NCBI RefSeq assembly: GCF_009914755.1 | Contig: NC_060925.1 | Direction: 5' to 3' (one strand) | Source: the human T2T-CHM13v2.0 reference genome, Homo sapiens | DNA length: 64,000 nt | Shown here: positions 1-12,500 of the stretch, in pieces | Position numbering within the stretch: position 1 is the first letter of the stretch | Layout of the letters: each line of letters begins with the position of its first letter | Notes under the pieces: generated by a model | Told to the model about the DNA's origin: nothing | What the model saw: the letters and a program-made list of their open reading frames with translations, nothing else | Database searches by the model: none | Position numbers and translations under genes: made by a program

Positions 1-2233
1 AATGGATTCGAATGGAATCATCGAATAAAATTGATTGAAATCATCATCGAATGGAATCGAATGGTATCATTGAATGGAATCGAATGGAATCATCATCAGA
101 TGGAAATGAATGGAATCGTCATAGAATGGAATCGAATGGATTCATTGAATGGAATCAGATGGAATCATCGAATGGACTGGAATGGAATCATTGAATGGAC
201 TCGAAAGGGATCATTATTGAATGGAATTGAATGGAATCATCGAATGGTCTCGATTGGAATCATTATCAAATGGAATCGAATGGAATCACCGAATAGAATC
301 GAATGGAACAATCATCGAATGGACTCAAATGGAATTATCCTCAAATGGAATCGAATGGAATTATCGAATGCAATCGAATGGAATTATCGAATGCAATCGA
401 ATAGAATCATCGAATGGACTCGAATGGAATCATCGAATGGAATGGAATGGAACAGTCAATGAACTCGAATGGAATCATCATTGAATGGAATCGAATGGAA
501 TCATCGAGTGGAATCGAATGGAATTATGATCAAATGGAATCGAATGTAATCATCATCAAATGGAATCAAAAATAACCATCATCAATTGGTATTGAATGGA
601 ATTGTCATCAAATGGAATTCAAAGGAATCATCATCAAATGGAACCGAATGGAATCCTCATTGAATGGAAATGAAAGGGGTCATCATCTAATGGAATCGCA
701 TGGAATCATCATAAAATGGAATCGAATGAAATCAACATCAAATGGAATCAAATGGAATCATTGAACGGAATTGAATGGAATCGTCATCGAATGAATTGGA
801 TGCAATCATCGAATGGTCTCGAATGGAATCTTCTTCAAATGGAATGGAATGGAATCATCGCATAGAATCGAATGGAATTATCATCGAATTTAATCGAATG
901 GAATCAACATCAAACGGAAAAAAACGGAATTATCGAATGGAATCGAAGAGAATCATCGAATGGACCCGAATGGAATCATATAATGGAATGGAATGGAATA
1001 ATCCATGGACTCGAATGCAATCATCATCGAATGGAATCGAATGGAATCATCGAATGGACTCGAATGGAATAATCATTGAACGGAATCGATTGGAATCATC
1101 ATCGGATGGAAACGAATGGAATCATCATCGAATGGAAATGAAAGGAGTCATCATCTAATGGAATTGCATGGAATCATCATAAAATGGAATCGAATGGAAT
1201 CAACATCAAATGGAATCAAATGGAATCATTGAACGGAATTGAATGGAATCGTCATCGAATGAATTGACTGCAATCATCCAATGGTCTCGAATGGAATCAT
1301 CTTCAAATGGAATGGAATGGAATCATCGCATAGAATCGAATGGAATTATCATCGAATGGAATCGAATGGAATCAACATCCAACGGAAAAAAACGGAATTA
1401 TCGAATGGAATCGAAGAGAATCATCGAATGGACCCGAATGGAATCATCTAATGGAATGGAATGGAATAATCCATGGACTCGAATGCAATCATCATCGAAT
1501 GGAATCGAATGGAATCATCGAATGGACTCGAATGGAATAATCATTGAACGGAATAGAATGGAATCATCATCGGATGGAAATGAATGGAATCATCATCGAA
1601 TGGAATCGAATACAATTATGGAATGAAATCCAGTGTGATCATCATCGAATGGACCCGAATGGAATCATCATCCAACGGAAGCTAATGGAATCAACATCGA
1701 ATGAATCAAATGGAAACACCATCGAATTGAAACGAATGGAATTATCATGAAATTGAAATGGATGGACTCATCATCGAATGGATTCGAAAGGAATCATCGA
1801 ATAAAATTGATTGAAATCATCATCGAATGGAATCGAATGGTATCATTGAATGGAATCGAATGGAATCATCATCAGATGGAAATGAATGGAATCGTCATAG
1901 AATGGAATCGAATGGATTCATTGAATGGAATCAGATGGAATCATCGAATGGACTGGAATGGAATCATTGAATGGACTCGAAAGGGATCATGATTGAATGG
2001 AATTGAATGGAATCATCGAATGGTCTCGATTGGAATCATTATCAAATGGAATCGAATGGAATCACCGAATAGAATCGAATGGAACAATCATCGAATGGAC
2101 TCAAATGGAATTATCCTCAAATGGAATGGAATGGAATTATCGAATGCAATCGAATGGAATTATCGAATGCAATCGAATAGAATCATCGAATGGACTCGAA
2201 TGGAATCATCGAATGGAATGGAATGGAACAGTC

Positions 2234-3573
2234 AATGAACACGAATGGAATCATCATTGAATGGAATCGAATGGAATCATCGAGTGGAATCGAATGGAAT
2301 TATGATCAAATGGAATCGAATGTAATCATCATCAAATGGAATCAAAAATAACCATCATCAATTGCTATTGAATGGAATTGTCATCAAATGGAATTCAAAG
2401 GAATCATCATCAAATGGAACCGAATGGAATCCTCATTGAATGGAAATGAAAGGGGTCATCATCTAATGGAATCGCATGGAATCATCATCAAATGGAATCG
2501 AATGGAATCATCATCAAATGGAATCTAATGGAATCATTGAACAGAATTGAATGGAATCGTCATCGAATGAATTGAATGCAATCATCGAATGGTCTCGAAT
2601 GGAATCATCTTCTAATGGAAAGGAATGGAATCATCGCATAGAATCGAATAGAATTATCATCGAATGGAATCGAATGGTATCAACACCAAACGGAAAAAAA
2701 CGGAATTATCGAATGGAATCGAAGAGAATCTTCGAACGGACCCGAATGGAATCATCTAATGGAATGGAATGGAATAATCCATGGACTCGAATGCAATCAT
2801 CATCGAATGGAATCGAATGGAATCATCGAATGGACTCGAATGGAATAATCATTGAACGGAATCGAATGGAATCATCATCGGATGGAAACGAATGGAATCA
2901 TCGAATGAACTCGAATGGAATCATCATTGAATGGAATCGAATGGAATCATCGAGTGGAATCGAATGGAATTATGATCAAATGGAATCGAATCTAATCATC
3001 ATCAAATGGAATCAAAAATAACCATCATCAATTGGTATTGAATGGAATTGTCATCAAATGGAATTCAAAGGAATCATCATCAAATGGAACCGAATGGAAT
3101 CCTCATTGAATGGAAATGAAAGGGGTCATCATCTAATGGAATCGCATGGAATCATCATCAAATGGAATCGAATGGAATCATCATCAAATGGAATCTAATG
3201 GAATCATTGAACAGAATTGAATGGAATCGTCATCGAATGAATTGAATGCAATCATCGAATGGTCTCGAATGGAATCATCTTCTAATGGAAAGGAATGGAA
3301 TCATCGCATAGAATCGAATGGAATTATCATCGAATGGAATCGAATGGTATCAACACCAAACGGAAAAAAACGGAATTATCGAATGGAATCGAAGAGAATC
3401 TTCGAACGGACCCGAATGGAATCATCTAATGGAATGGAATGGAATAATCCATGGACTCGAATGCAATCATGATCGAATGGAATCGAATGGAATCATCGAA
3501 TGGACTCGAATGGAATAATCATTGAACGGAATCGAATGGAATCATCATCGGATGGAAACGAATGGAATCATCA
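2234..3573 (+). repeat. 670-bp internal duplication producing a 2,446-bp variant unit (copy 1)
   Basis: AATGAAC at 2234 recurs at 2904; extra EcoRI site (2391 and 3061); anchor interval 1747->4193 = 2,446. Confidence 0.92.
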
Positions 3574-3575
3574 TC
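3108..3575 (+). repeat. 468-bp internal subrepeat A of the unit
   Basis: Begins GAATGGAAATGAAAGGGGTC. A-diagnostic motifs: GAATCGCATG, TCTAATGG, GAACAG, TTGAATGC, TTCTAATGGAAAGG, GGTATCAACACC, ATCTTCGAACGG, GGAAACG. Confidence 0.9.
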
Positions 3576-4043
3576 GAATGGAAATGAAAGGAGTCATCAT
3601 CTAATGGAATTGCATGGAATCATCATAAAATGGAATCGAATGGAATCAACATCAAATGGAATCAAATGGAATCATTGAACGGAATTGAATGGAATCGTCA
3701 TCGAATGAATTGACTGCAATCATCGAATGGTCTCGAATGGAATCATCTTCAAATGGAATGGAATGGAATCATCGCATAGAATCGAATGGAATTATCATCG
3801 AATGGAATCGAATGGAATCAACATCAAACGGAAAAAAACGGAATTATCGAATGGAATCGAAGAGAATCATCGAATGGACCCGAATGGAATCATCTAATGG
3901 AATGGAATGGAATAATCCATGGACTCGAATGCAATCATCATCGAATGGAATCGAATGGAATCATCGAATGGACTCGAATGGAATAATCATTGAACGGAAT
4001 CGAATGGAATCATCATCGGATGGAAATGAATGGAATCATCATC
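3576..4043 (+). repeat. 468-bp internal subrepeat B of the unit
   Basis: Begins GAATGGAAATGAAAGGAGTC, exactly 468 bp after A (paired pseudo-ORFs 3221/3689). B-diagnostic motifs: GAATTGCATG, ATAAAATG, GAACGG, TTGACTGC, TTCAAATGGAATGG, GAATCAACATC, ATCATCGAATGGACCC, GGAAATG. Confidence 0.9.
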
Positions 4044-7000
4044 GAATGGAATCGAATAGAATTATGGAATGAAATCCAGTGTGATCATCATCGAATGGAC
4101 CCGAATGGAATCATCATCCAACGGAAGCTAATGGAATCAACATCGAATGAATCGAATGGAAACACCATCGAATTGAAACGAATGGAATTATCATGAAATT
4201 GAAATGGATGGACTCATCATCGAATGGATTCGAATGGAATCATCGAATAAAATTGATTGAAATCATCATCGAATGGAATCGAATGGTATCATTGAATGGA
4301 ATCGAATGGAATCATCATCAGATGGAAATGAATGGAATCGTCATAGAATGGAATCGAATGGATTCATTGAATGGAATCAGATGGAATCATCGAATGGACT
4401 GGAATGGAATCATTGAATGGACTCGAAAGGGATCATGATTGAATGGAATTGAATGGAATCATCGAATGGTCTCGATTGGAATCATTATCAAATGGAATCG
4501 AATGGAATCACCGAATAGAATCGAATGGAACAATCATCGAATGGACTCAAATGGAATTATCCTCAAATGGAATCGAATGGAATTATCGAATGCAATCGAA
4601 TGGAATTATCGAATGCAATCGAATAGAATCATCGAATGGACTCGAATGGAATCATCGAATGGAATGGAATGGAACAGTCAATGAACACGAATGGAATCAT
4701 CATTGAATGGAATCGAATGGAATCATCGAGTGGAATCGAATGGAATTATGATCAAATGGAATCGAATGTAATCATCATCAAATGGAATCAAAAATCACCA
4801 TCATCAATTGGTATTGAATGGAATTGTCATCAAATGGAATTCAAAGGAATCATCATCAAATGGAACCGAATGGAATCCTCATTGAATGGAAATGAAAGGG
4901 GTCATCATCTAATGGAATCGCATGGAATCATCATCAAATGGAATCGAATGGAATCACCATCAAATGGAATCTAATGGAATCATTGAACAGAATTGAATGG
5001 AATCGTCATCGAATGAATTGAATGCAATCATCGAATGGTCTCGAATGGATTCATCTTCTAATGAAAAGGAATGGAATCATCGCATAGAATCGAATGGAAT
5101 TATCATCGAATGGAATCGAATGGTATCAACACCAAACGGAAAAAAACGGAATTATCGAATGGAATCGAAGAGAATCTTCGAACGGACCCGAATGGAATCA
5201 TCTAATGGAATGGAATGGAATAATCCATGGACTCGAATGCAATCATCATCGAATGGAATCGAATGGAATCATCGAATGGACTCGAATGGAATAATCATTG
5301 AACGGAATCGATTGGAATCATCATCGGATGGAAACGAATGGAATCATCATCGAATGGAAATGAAAGGAGTCATCATCTAATGGAATTGCATGGAATCATC
5401 ATAAAATGGAATCGAATGGAATCAACATCAAATGGAATCAAATGGAATCATTGAACGGAATTGAATGGAATCGTCATCGAATGAATTGACTGCAATCATC
5501 CAATGGTCTCGAATGGAATCATCTTCAAATGGAATGGAATGGAATCATCGCATAGAATCGAATGGAATTATCATCGAATGGAATCGAATGGAATCAACAT
5601 CCAACGGAAAAAAACGGAATTATCGAATGGAATTGAAGAGAATCATCGAATGGACCCGAATGGAATCATGTAATGGAATGGAATGGAATAATCCATGGAC
5701 TCGAATGCAATCATCATCGAATGGAATCGAATGGAATCATCGAATGGACTCGAATGGAATAATCATTGAACGGAATCGAATGGAATCATCATCGGATGGA
5801 AATGAATGGAATCATCATCGAATGGAATCGAATAGAATTATGGAATGAAATCCAGTGTGATCATCATCGAATGGACCCGAATGGAATCATCATCCAACGG
5901 AAGCTAATGGAATCAACATCGAATGAATCAAATGGAAACACCATCGAATTGAAACGAATGGAATTATCATGAAATTGAAATGGATGGACTCATCGTCGAA
6001 TGGATTCGAATGGAATCATCGAATAAAATTGATTGAAATCATCATCGAATGGAATCGAATGGTATCATTGAATGGAATCGAATGGAATCATCATCAGATG
6101 GAAATGAATGGAATCGTCATAGAATGGAATCGAATGGATTCATTGAATGGAATCAGATGGAATCATCGAATGGACTGGAATGGAATCATTGAATGGACTC
6201 GAAAGGGATCATTATTGAATGGAATTGAATGGAATCATCGAATGGTCTCGATTGGAATCATTATCAAATGGAATCGAATGGAATCACCGAATAGAATCGA
6301 ATGGAACAATCATCGAATGGACTCAAATGGAATTATCCTCAAATGGAATCGAATGGAATTATCGAATGCAATCGAATGGAATTATCGAATGCAATCGAAT
6401 AGAATCATCGAATGGACTCGAATGGAATCATCGAATGGAATGGAATGGAACAGTCAATGAACTCGAATGGAATCATCATTGAATGGAATCGAATGGAATC
6501 ATCGAGTGGAATCGAATGGAATTATGATCAAATGGAATCGAATGTAATCATCATCAAATGGAATCAAAAATAACCATCATCAATTGGTATTGAATGGAAT
6601 TGTCATCAAATGGAATTCAAAGGAATCATCATCAAATGGAACCGAATGGAATCCTCATTGAATGGAAATGAAAGGGGTCATCATCTAATGGAATCGCATG
6701 GAATCATCATAAAATGGAATCGAATGAAATCAACATCAAATGGAATCAAATGGAATCATTGAACGGAATTGAATGGAATCGTCATCGAATGAATTGGATG
6801 CAATCATCGAATGGTCTCGAATGGAATCTTCTTCAAATGGAATGGAATGGAATCATCGCATAGAATCGAATGGAATTATCATCGAATTTAATCGAATGGA
6901 ATCAACATCAAACGGAAAAAAACGGAATTATCGAATGGAATCGAAGAGAATCATCGAATGGACCCGAATGGAATCATATAATGGAATGGAATGGAATAAT

Positions 7001-8231
7001 CCATGGACTCGAATGCAATCATCATCGAATGGAATCGAATGGAATCATCGAATGGACTCGAATGGAATAATCATTGAACGGAATCGATTGGAATCATCAT
7101 CGGATGGAAACGAATGGAATCATCATCGAATGGAAATGAAAGGAGTCATCATCTAATGGAATTGCATGGAATCATCATAAAATGGAATCGAATGGAATCA
7201 ACATCAAATGGAATCAAATGGAATCATTGAACGGAATTGAATGGAATCGTCATCGAATGAATTGACTGCAATCATCCAATGGTCTCGAATGGAATCATCT
7301 TCAAATGGAATGGAATGGAATCATCGCATAGAATCGAATGGAATTATCATCGAATGGAATCGAATGGAATCAACATCCAACGGAAAAAAACGGAATTATC
7401 GAATGGAATCGAAGAGAATCATCGAATGGACCCGAATGGAATCATCTAATGGAATGGAATGGAATAATCCATGGACTCGAATGCAATCATCATCGAATGG
7501 AATCGAATGGAATCATCGAATGGACTGGAATGGAATAATCATTGAACGGAATAGAATGGAATCATCATCGGATGGAAATGAATGGAATCATCATCGAATG
7601 GAATCGAATACAATTATGGAATGAAATCCAGTGTGATCATCATCGAATGGACCCGAATGGAATCATCATCCAACGGAAGCTAATGGAATCAACATCGAAT
7701 GAATCAAATGGAAACACCATCGAATTGAAACGAATGGAATTATCATGAAATTGAAATGGATGGACTCATCATCGAATGGATTCGAAAGGAATCATCGAAT
7801 AAAATTGATTGAAATCATCATCGAATGGAATCGAATGGTATCATTGAATGGAATCGAATGGAATCATCATCAGATGGAAATGAATGGAATCGTCATAGAA
7901 TGGAATCGAATGGATTCATTGAATGGAATCAGATGGAATCATCGAATGGACTGGAATGGAATCATTGAATGGACTCGAAAGGGATCATGATTGAATGGAA
8001 TTGAATGGAATCATCGAATGGTCTCGATTGGAATCATTATCAAATGGAATCGAATGGAATCACCGAATAGAATCGAATGGAACAATCATCGAATGGACTC
8101 AAATGGAATTATCCTCAAATGGAATGGAATGGAATTATCGAATGCAATCGAATGGAATTATCGAATGCAATCGAATAGAATCATCGAATGGACTCGAATG
8201 GAATCATCGAATGGAATGGAATGGAACAGTC

Positions 8232-9571
8232 AATGAACACGAATGGAATCATCATTGAATGGAATCGAATGGAATCATCGAGTGGAATCGAATGGAATTA
8301 TGATCAAATGGAATCGAATGTAATCATCATCAAATGGAATCAAAAATAACCATCATCAATTGCTATTGAATGGAATTGTCATCAAATGGAATTCAAAGGA
8401 ATCATCATCAAATGGAACCGAATGGAATCCTCATTGAATGGAAATGAAAGGGGTCATCATCTAATGGAATCGCATGGAATCATCATCAAATGGAATCGAA
8501 TGGAATCATCATCAAATGGAATCTAATGGAATCATTGAACAGAATTGAATGGAATCGTCATCGAATGAATTGAATGCAATCATCGAATGGTCTCGAATGG
8601 AATCATCTTCTAATGGAAAGGAATGGAATCATCGCATAGAATCGAATAGAATTATCATCGAATGGAATCGAATGGTATCAACACCAAACGGAAAAAAACG
8701 GAATTATCGAATGGAATCGAAGAGAATCTTCGAACGGACCCGAATGGAATCATCTAATGGAATGGAATGGAATAATCCATGGACTCGAATGCAATCATCA
8801 TCGAATGGAATCGAATGGAATCATCGAATGGACTCGAATGGAATAATCATTGAACGGAATCGAATGGAATCATCATCGGATGGAAACGAATGGAATCATC
8901 GAATGAACTCGAATGGAATCATCATTGAATGGAATCGAATGGAATCATCGAGTGGAATCGAATGGAATTATGATCAAATGGAATCGAATCTAATCATCAT
9001 CAAATGGAATCAAAAATAACCATCATCAATTGGTATTGAATGGAATTGTCATCAAATGGAATTCAAAGGAATCATCATCAAATGGAACCGAATGGAATCC
9101 TCATTGAATGGAAATGAAAGGGGTCATCATCTAATGGAATCGCATGGAATCATCATCAAATGGAATCGAATGGAATCATCATCAAATGGAATCTAATGGA
9201 ATCATTGAACAGAATTGAATGGAATCGTCATCGAATGAATTGAATGCAATCATCGAATGGTCTCGAATGGAATCATCTTCTAATGGAAAGGAATGGAATC
9301 ATCGCATAGAATCGAATGGAATTATCATCGAATGGAATCGAATGGTATCAACACCAAACGGAAAAAAACGGAATTATCGAATGGAATCGAAGAGAATCTT
9401 CGAACGGACCCGAATGGAATCATCTAATGGAATGGAATGGAATAATCCATGGACTCGAATGCAATCATCATCGAATGGAATCGAATGGAATCATCGAATG
9501 GACTCGAATGGAATAATCATTGAACGGAATCGAATGGAATCATCATCGGATGGAAACGAATGGAATCATCA
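8232..9571 (+). repeat. 670-bp internal duplication producing a 2,446-bp variant unit (copy 2)
   Basis: Same junction GGAAACGAATGGAATCATCGAATGAACTCG near 8900, 5,998 bp after the first; anchor interval 7745->10191 = 2,446. Confidence 0.92.
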
Positions 9572-12500
9572 TCGAATGGAAATGAAAGGAGTCATCATCT
9601 AATGGAATTGCATGGAATCATCATAAAATGGAATCGAATGGAATCAACATCAAATGGAATCAAATGGAATCATTGAACGGAATTGAATGGAATCGTCATC
9701 GAATGAATTGACTGCAATCATCGAATGGTCTCGAATGGAATCATCTTCAAATGGAATGGAATGGAATCATCGCATAGAATCGAATGGAATTATCATCGAA
9801 TGGAATCGAATGGAATCAACATCAAACGGAAAAAAACGGAATTATCGAATGGAATCGAAGAGAATCATCGAATGGACCCGAATGGAATCATCTAATGGAA
9901 TGGAATGGAATAATCCATGGACTCGAATGCAATCATCATCGAATGGAATCGAATGGAATCATCGAATGGACTCGAATGGAATAATCATTGAACGGAATCG
10001 AATGGAATCATCATCGGATGGAAATGAATGGAATCATCATCGAATGGAATCGAATAGAATTATGGAATGAAATCCAGTGTGATCATCATCGAATGTACCC
10101 GAATGGAATCATCATCCAACGGAAGCTAATGGAATCAACATCGAATGAATCGAATGGAAACACCATCGAATTGAAACGAATGGAATTATCATGAAATTGA
10201 AATGGATGGACTCATCATCGAATGGATTCGAATGGAATCATCGAATAAAATTGATTGAAATCATCATCGAATGGAATCGAATGGTATCATTGAATGGAAT
10301 CGAATGGAATCATCATCAGATGGAAATGAATGGAATCGTCATAGAATGGAATCGAATGGATTCATTGAATGGAATCAGATGGAATCATCGAATGGACTGG
10401 AATGGAATCATTGAATGGACTCGAAAGGGATCATGATTGAATGGAATTGAATGGAATCATCGAATGGTCTCGATTGGAATCATTATCAAATGGAATCGAA
10501 TGGAATCACCGAATAGAATCGAATGGAACAATCATCGAATGGACTCAAATGGAATTATCCTCAAATGGAATCGAATGGAATTATCGAATGCAATCGAATG
10601 GAATTATCGAATGCAATCGAATAGAATCATCGAATGGACTCGAATGGAATCATCGAATGGAATGGAATGGAACAGTCAATGAACACGAATGGAATCATCA
10701 TTGAATGGAATCGAATGGAATCATCGAGTGGAATCGAATGGAATTATGATCAAATGGAATCGAATGTAATCATCATCAAATGGAATCAAAAATCACCATC
10801 ATCAATTGGTATTGAATGGAATTGTCATCAAATGGAATTCAAAGGAATCATCATCAAATGGAACCGAATGGAATCCTCATTGAATGGAAATGAAAGGGGT
10901 CATCATCTAATGGAATCGCATGGAATCATCACCAAATGGAATCGAATGGAATCATCATCAAATGGAATCTTATGGAATCATTGAACAGAATTGAATGGAA
11001 TCGTCATCGAATGAATTGAATGCAATCATCGAATGGTCTCGAATGGAATCATCTTCTAATGGAAAGGAATGGAATCATCGCATAGAATCGAATGGAATTA
11101 TCATCGAATGGAATCGAATGGTATCAACACCAAACGGAAAAAAACGGAATTATCGAAAGGAATCGAAGAGAATCTTCGAACGGACCCGAATGGAATCATC
11201 TAATGGAATGGAATGGAATAATCCATGGACTCGAATGCAATCATCATCGAATGGAATCGAATGGAATCATCGAATGGACTCGAATGGAATAATCATTGAA
11301 CGGAATCGAATGGAATCATCATCGGATGGAAACGAATGGAATCATCATCGAATGGAAATGAAAGGAGTCATCATCTAATGGAATTGCATGGAATCATCAT
11401 AAAATGGAATCGAATGGAATCAACATCAAATGGAATCAAATGGAATCATTGAATGGAATTGAATGGAATCGTCATCGAATGAATTGACTGCAATCATCGA
11501 ATGGTCTCGAATGGAATCATCTTCAAATGGAATGGAATGGAATCATCGCATAGAATCGAATGGAATTATCATCGAATGGAATCGTATGGAATCAACATCA
11601 AACGGAAAAAAACAGAATTATCGTATGGAATCGAAGAGAATCATCGAGTGGACCCGAATGGAATCATCTAATGGAATGGAATGGAATAATCCATGGACTC
11701 GAATGCAATCATCATCGAATGGAATCGAATGGAATCATCGAATGGACTCGAATGGAATAATCATTGAACGGAATCGAATGGAATCATCATCGGATGGAAA
11801 TGAATGGAATCATCATCGAATGGAATCGAATAGAATTATGGAATGAAATCCAGTGTGATCATCATCGAATGGACCCGAATGGAATCATCATCCAACGGAA
11901 GCTAATGGAATCAACATCGAATGAATCGAATGGAAACACCATCGAATTGAAACGAATGGAATTATCATGAAATTGAAATGGATGGACTCATCATCGAATG
12001 GATTCGAATGGAATCATCGAATAAAATTGATTGAAATCATCATCCAATGGAATCGAATGGTATCATTGAATGGAATCGAATGGAATCATCATCAGATGGA
12101 AATGAATGGAATCGTCATAGAATGGAATCGAATGGATTCATTGAATGGAATCAGATGGAATCATCGAATGGACTGGAATGGAATCATTGAATGGACTCGA
12201 AAGGGATCATGATTGAATGGAATTGAATGGAATCATCGAATGGTCTCGATTGGAATCATTATCAAATGGAATCGAATGGAATCATCGAATAGAATCGAAT
12301 GGAACAATCATCGAATGGACTCAAATGGAATTATCCTCAAATGGAATCGAATGGAATTATCGAATGCAATCGAATGGAATTATCGAATGCAATCGAATAG
12401 AATCATCGAATGGACTCGAATGGAATCATCGAATGGAATGGAATGGAACAGTCAATGAACACGAATGGAATCATCATTGAATGGAATCGAATGGAATCAT

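Larger units (their letters stand above)
3061..4836 (+). repeat. Representative canonical 1,776-bp unit (EcoRI to EcoRI)
   Basis: GAATTC in GGAATTCAAAGG at 615, 2391, 3061, 4837 ...; 615->2391 and 3061->4837 are both 1,776 bp. Confidence 0.95.
1..10900 (+). repeat. 5,998-bp higher-order tandem duplication (1,776 + 2,446 + 1,776)
   Basis: Rare variants pair at +5,998: AATTGGATGC ~795/6793, GAATTTAATC ~886/6884, AATACAATT ~1610/7608, CGAAAGGAATC ~1785/7783, the 670-bp junction, AAAATCACCA ~4791/10789. The left boundary lies outside the window; the right boundary is approximate. Confidence 0.88.

Noticed and set aside
23-43. AATAAA followed by TGATT-GA-AATCA once per unit, as a possible poly(A) signal or DUX4/homeodomain site
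   Set aside because: It does not match the DUX4 consensus TAAYYYAATCA on either strand, and no GU-rich downstream element or transcript evidence is visible. Function cannot be supported from sequence alone.
3393-3410. Heat-shock element in AGAATCTTCGAA of subrepeat A; TEAD-type GGAATG motifs elsewhere in the unit
   Set aside because: Only two inverted nGAAn units are present, whereas a canonical HSE needs three. GGAATG matches are an unavoidable product of the satellite motif and need binding data to mean anything.
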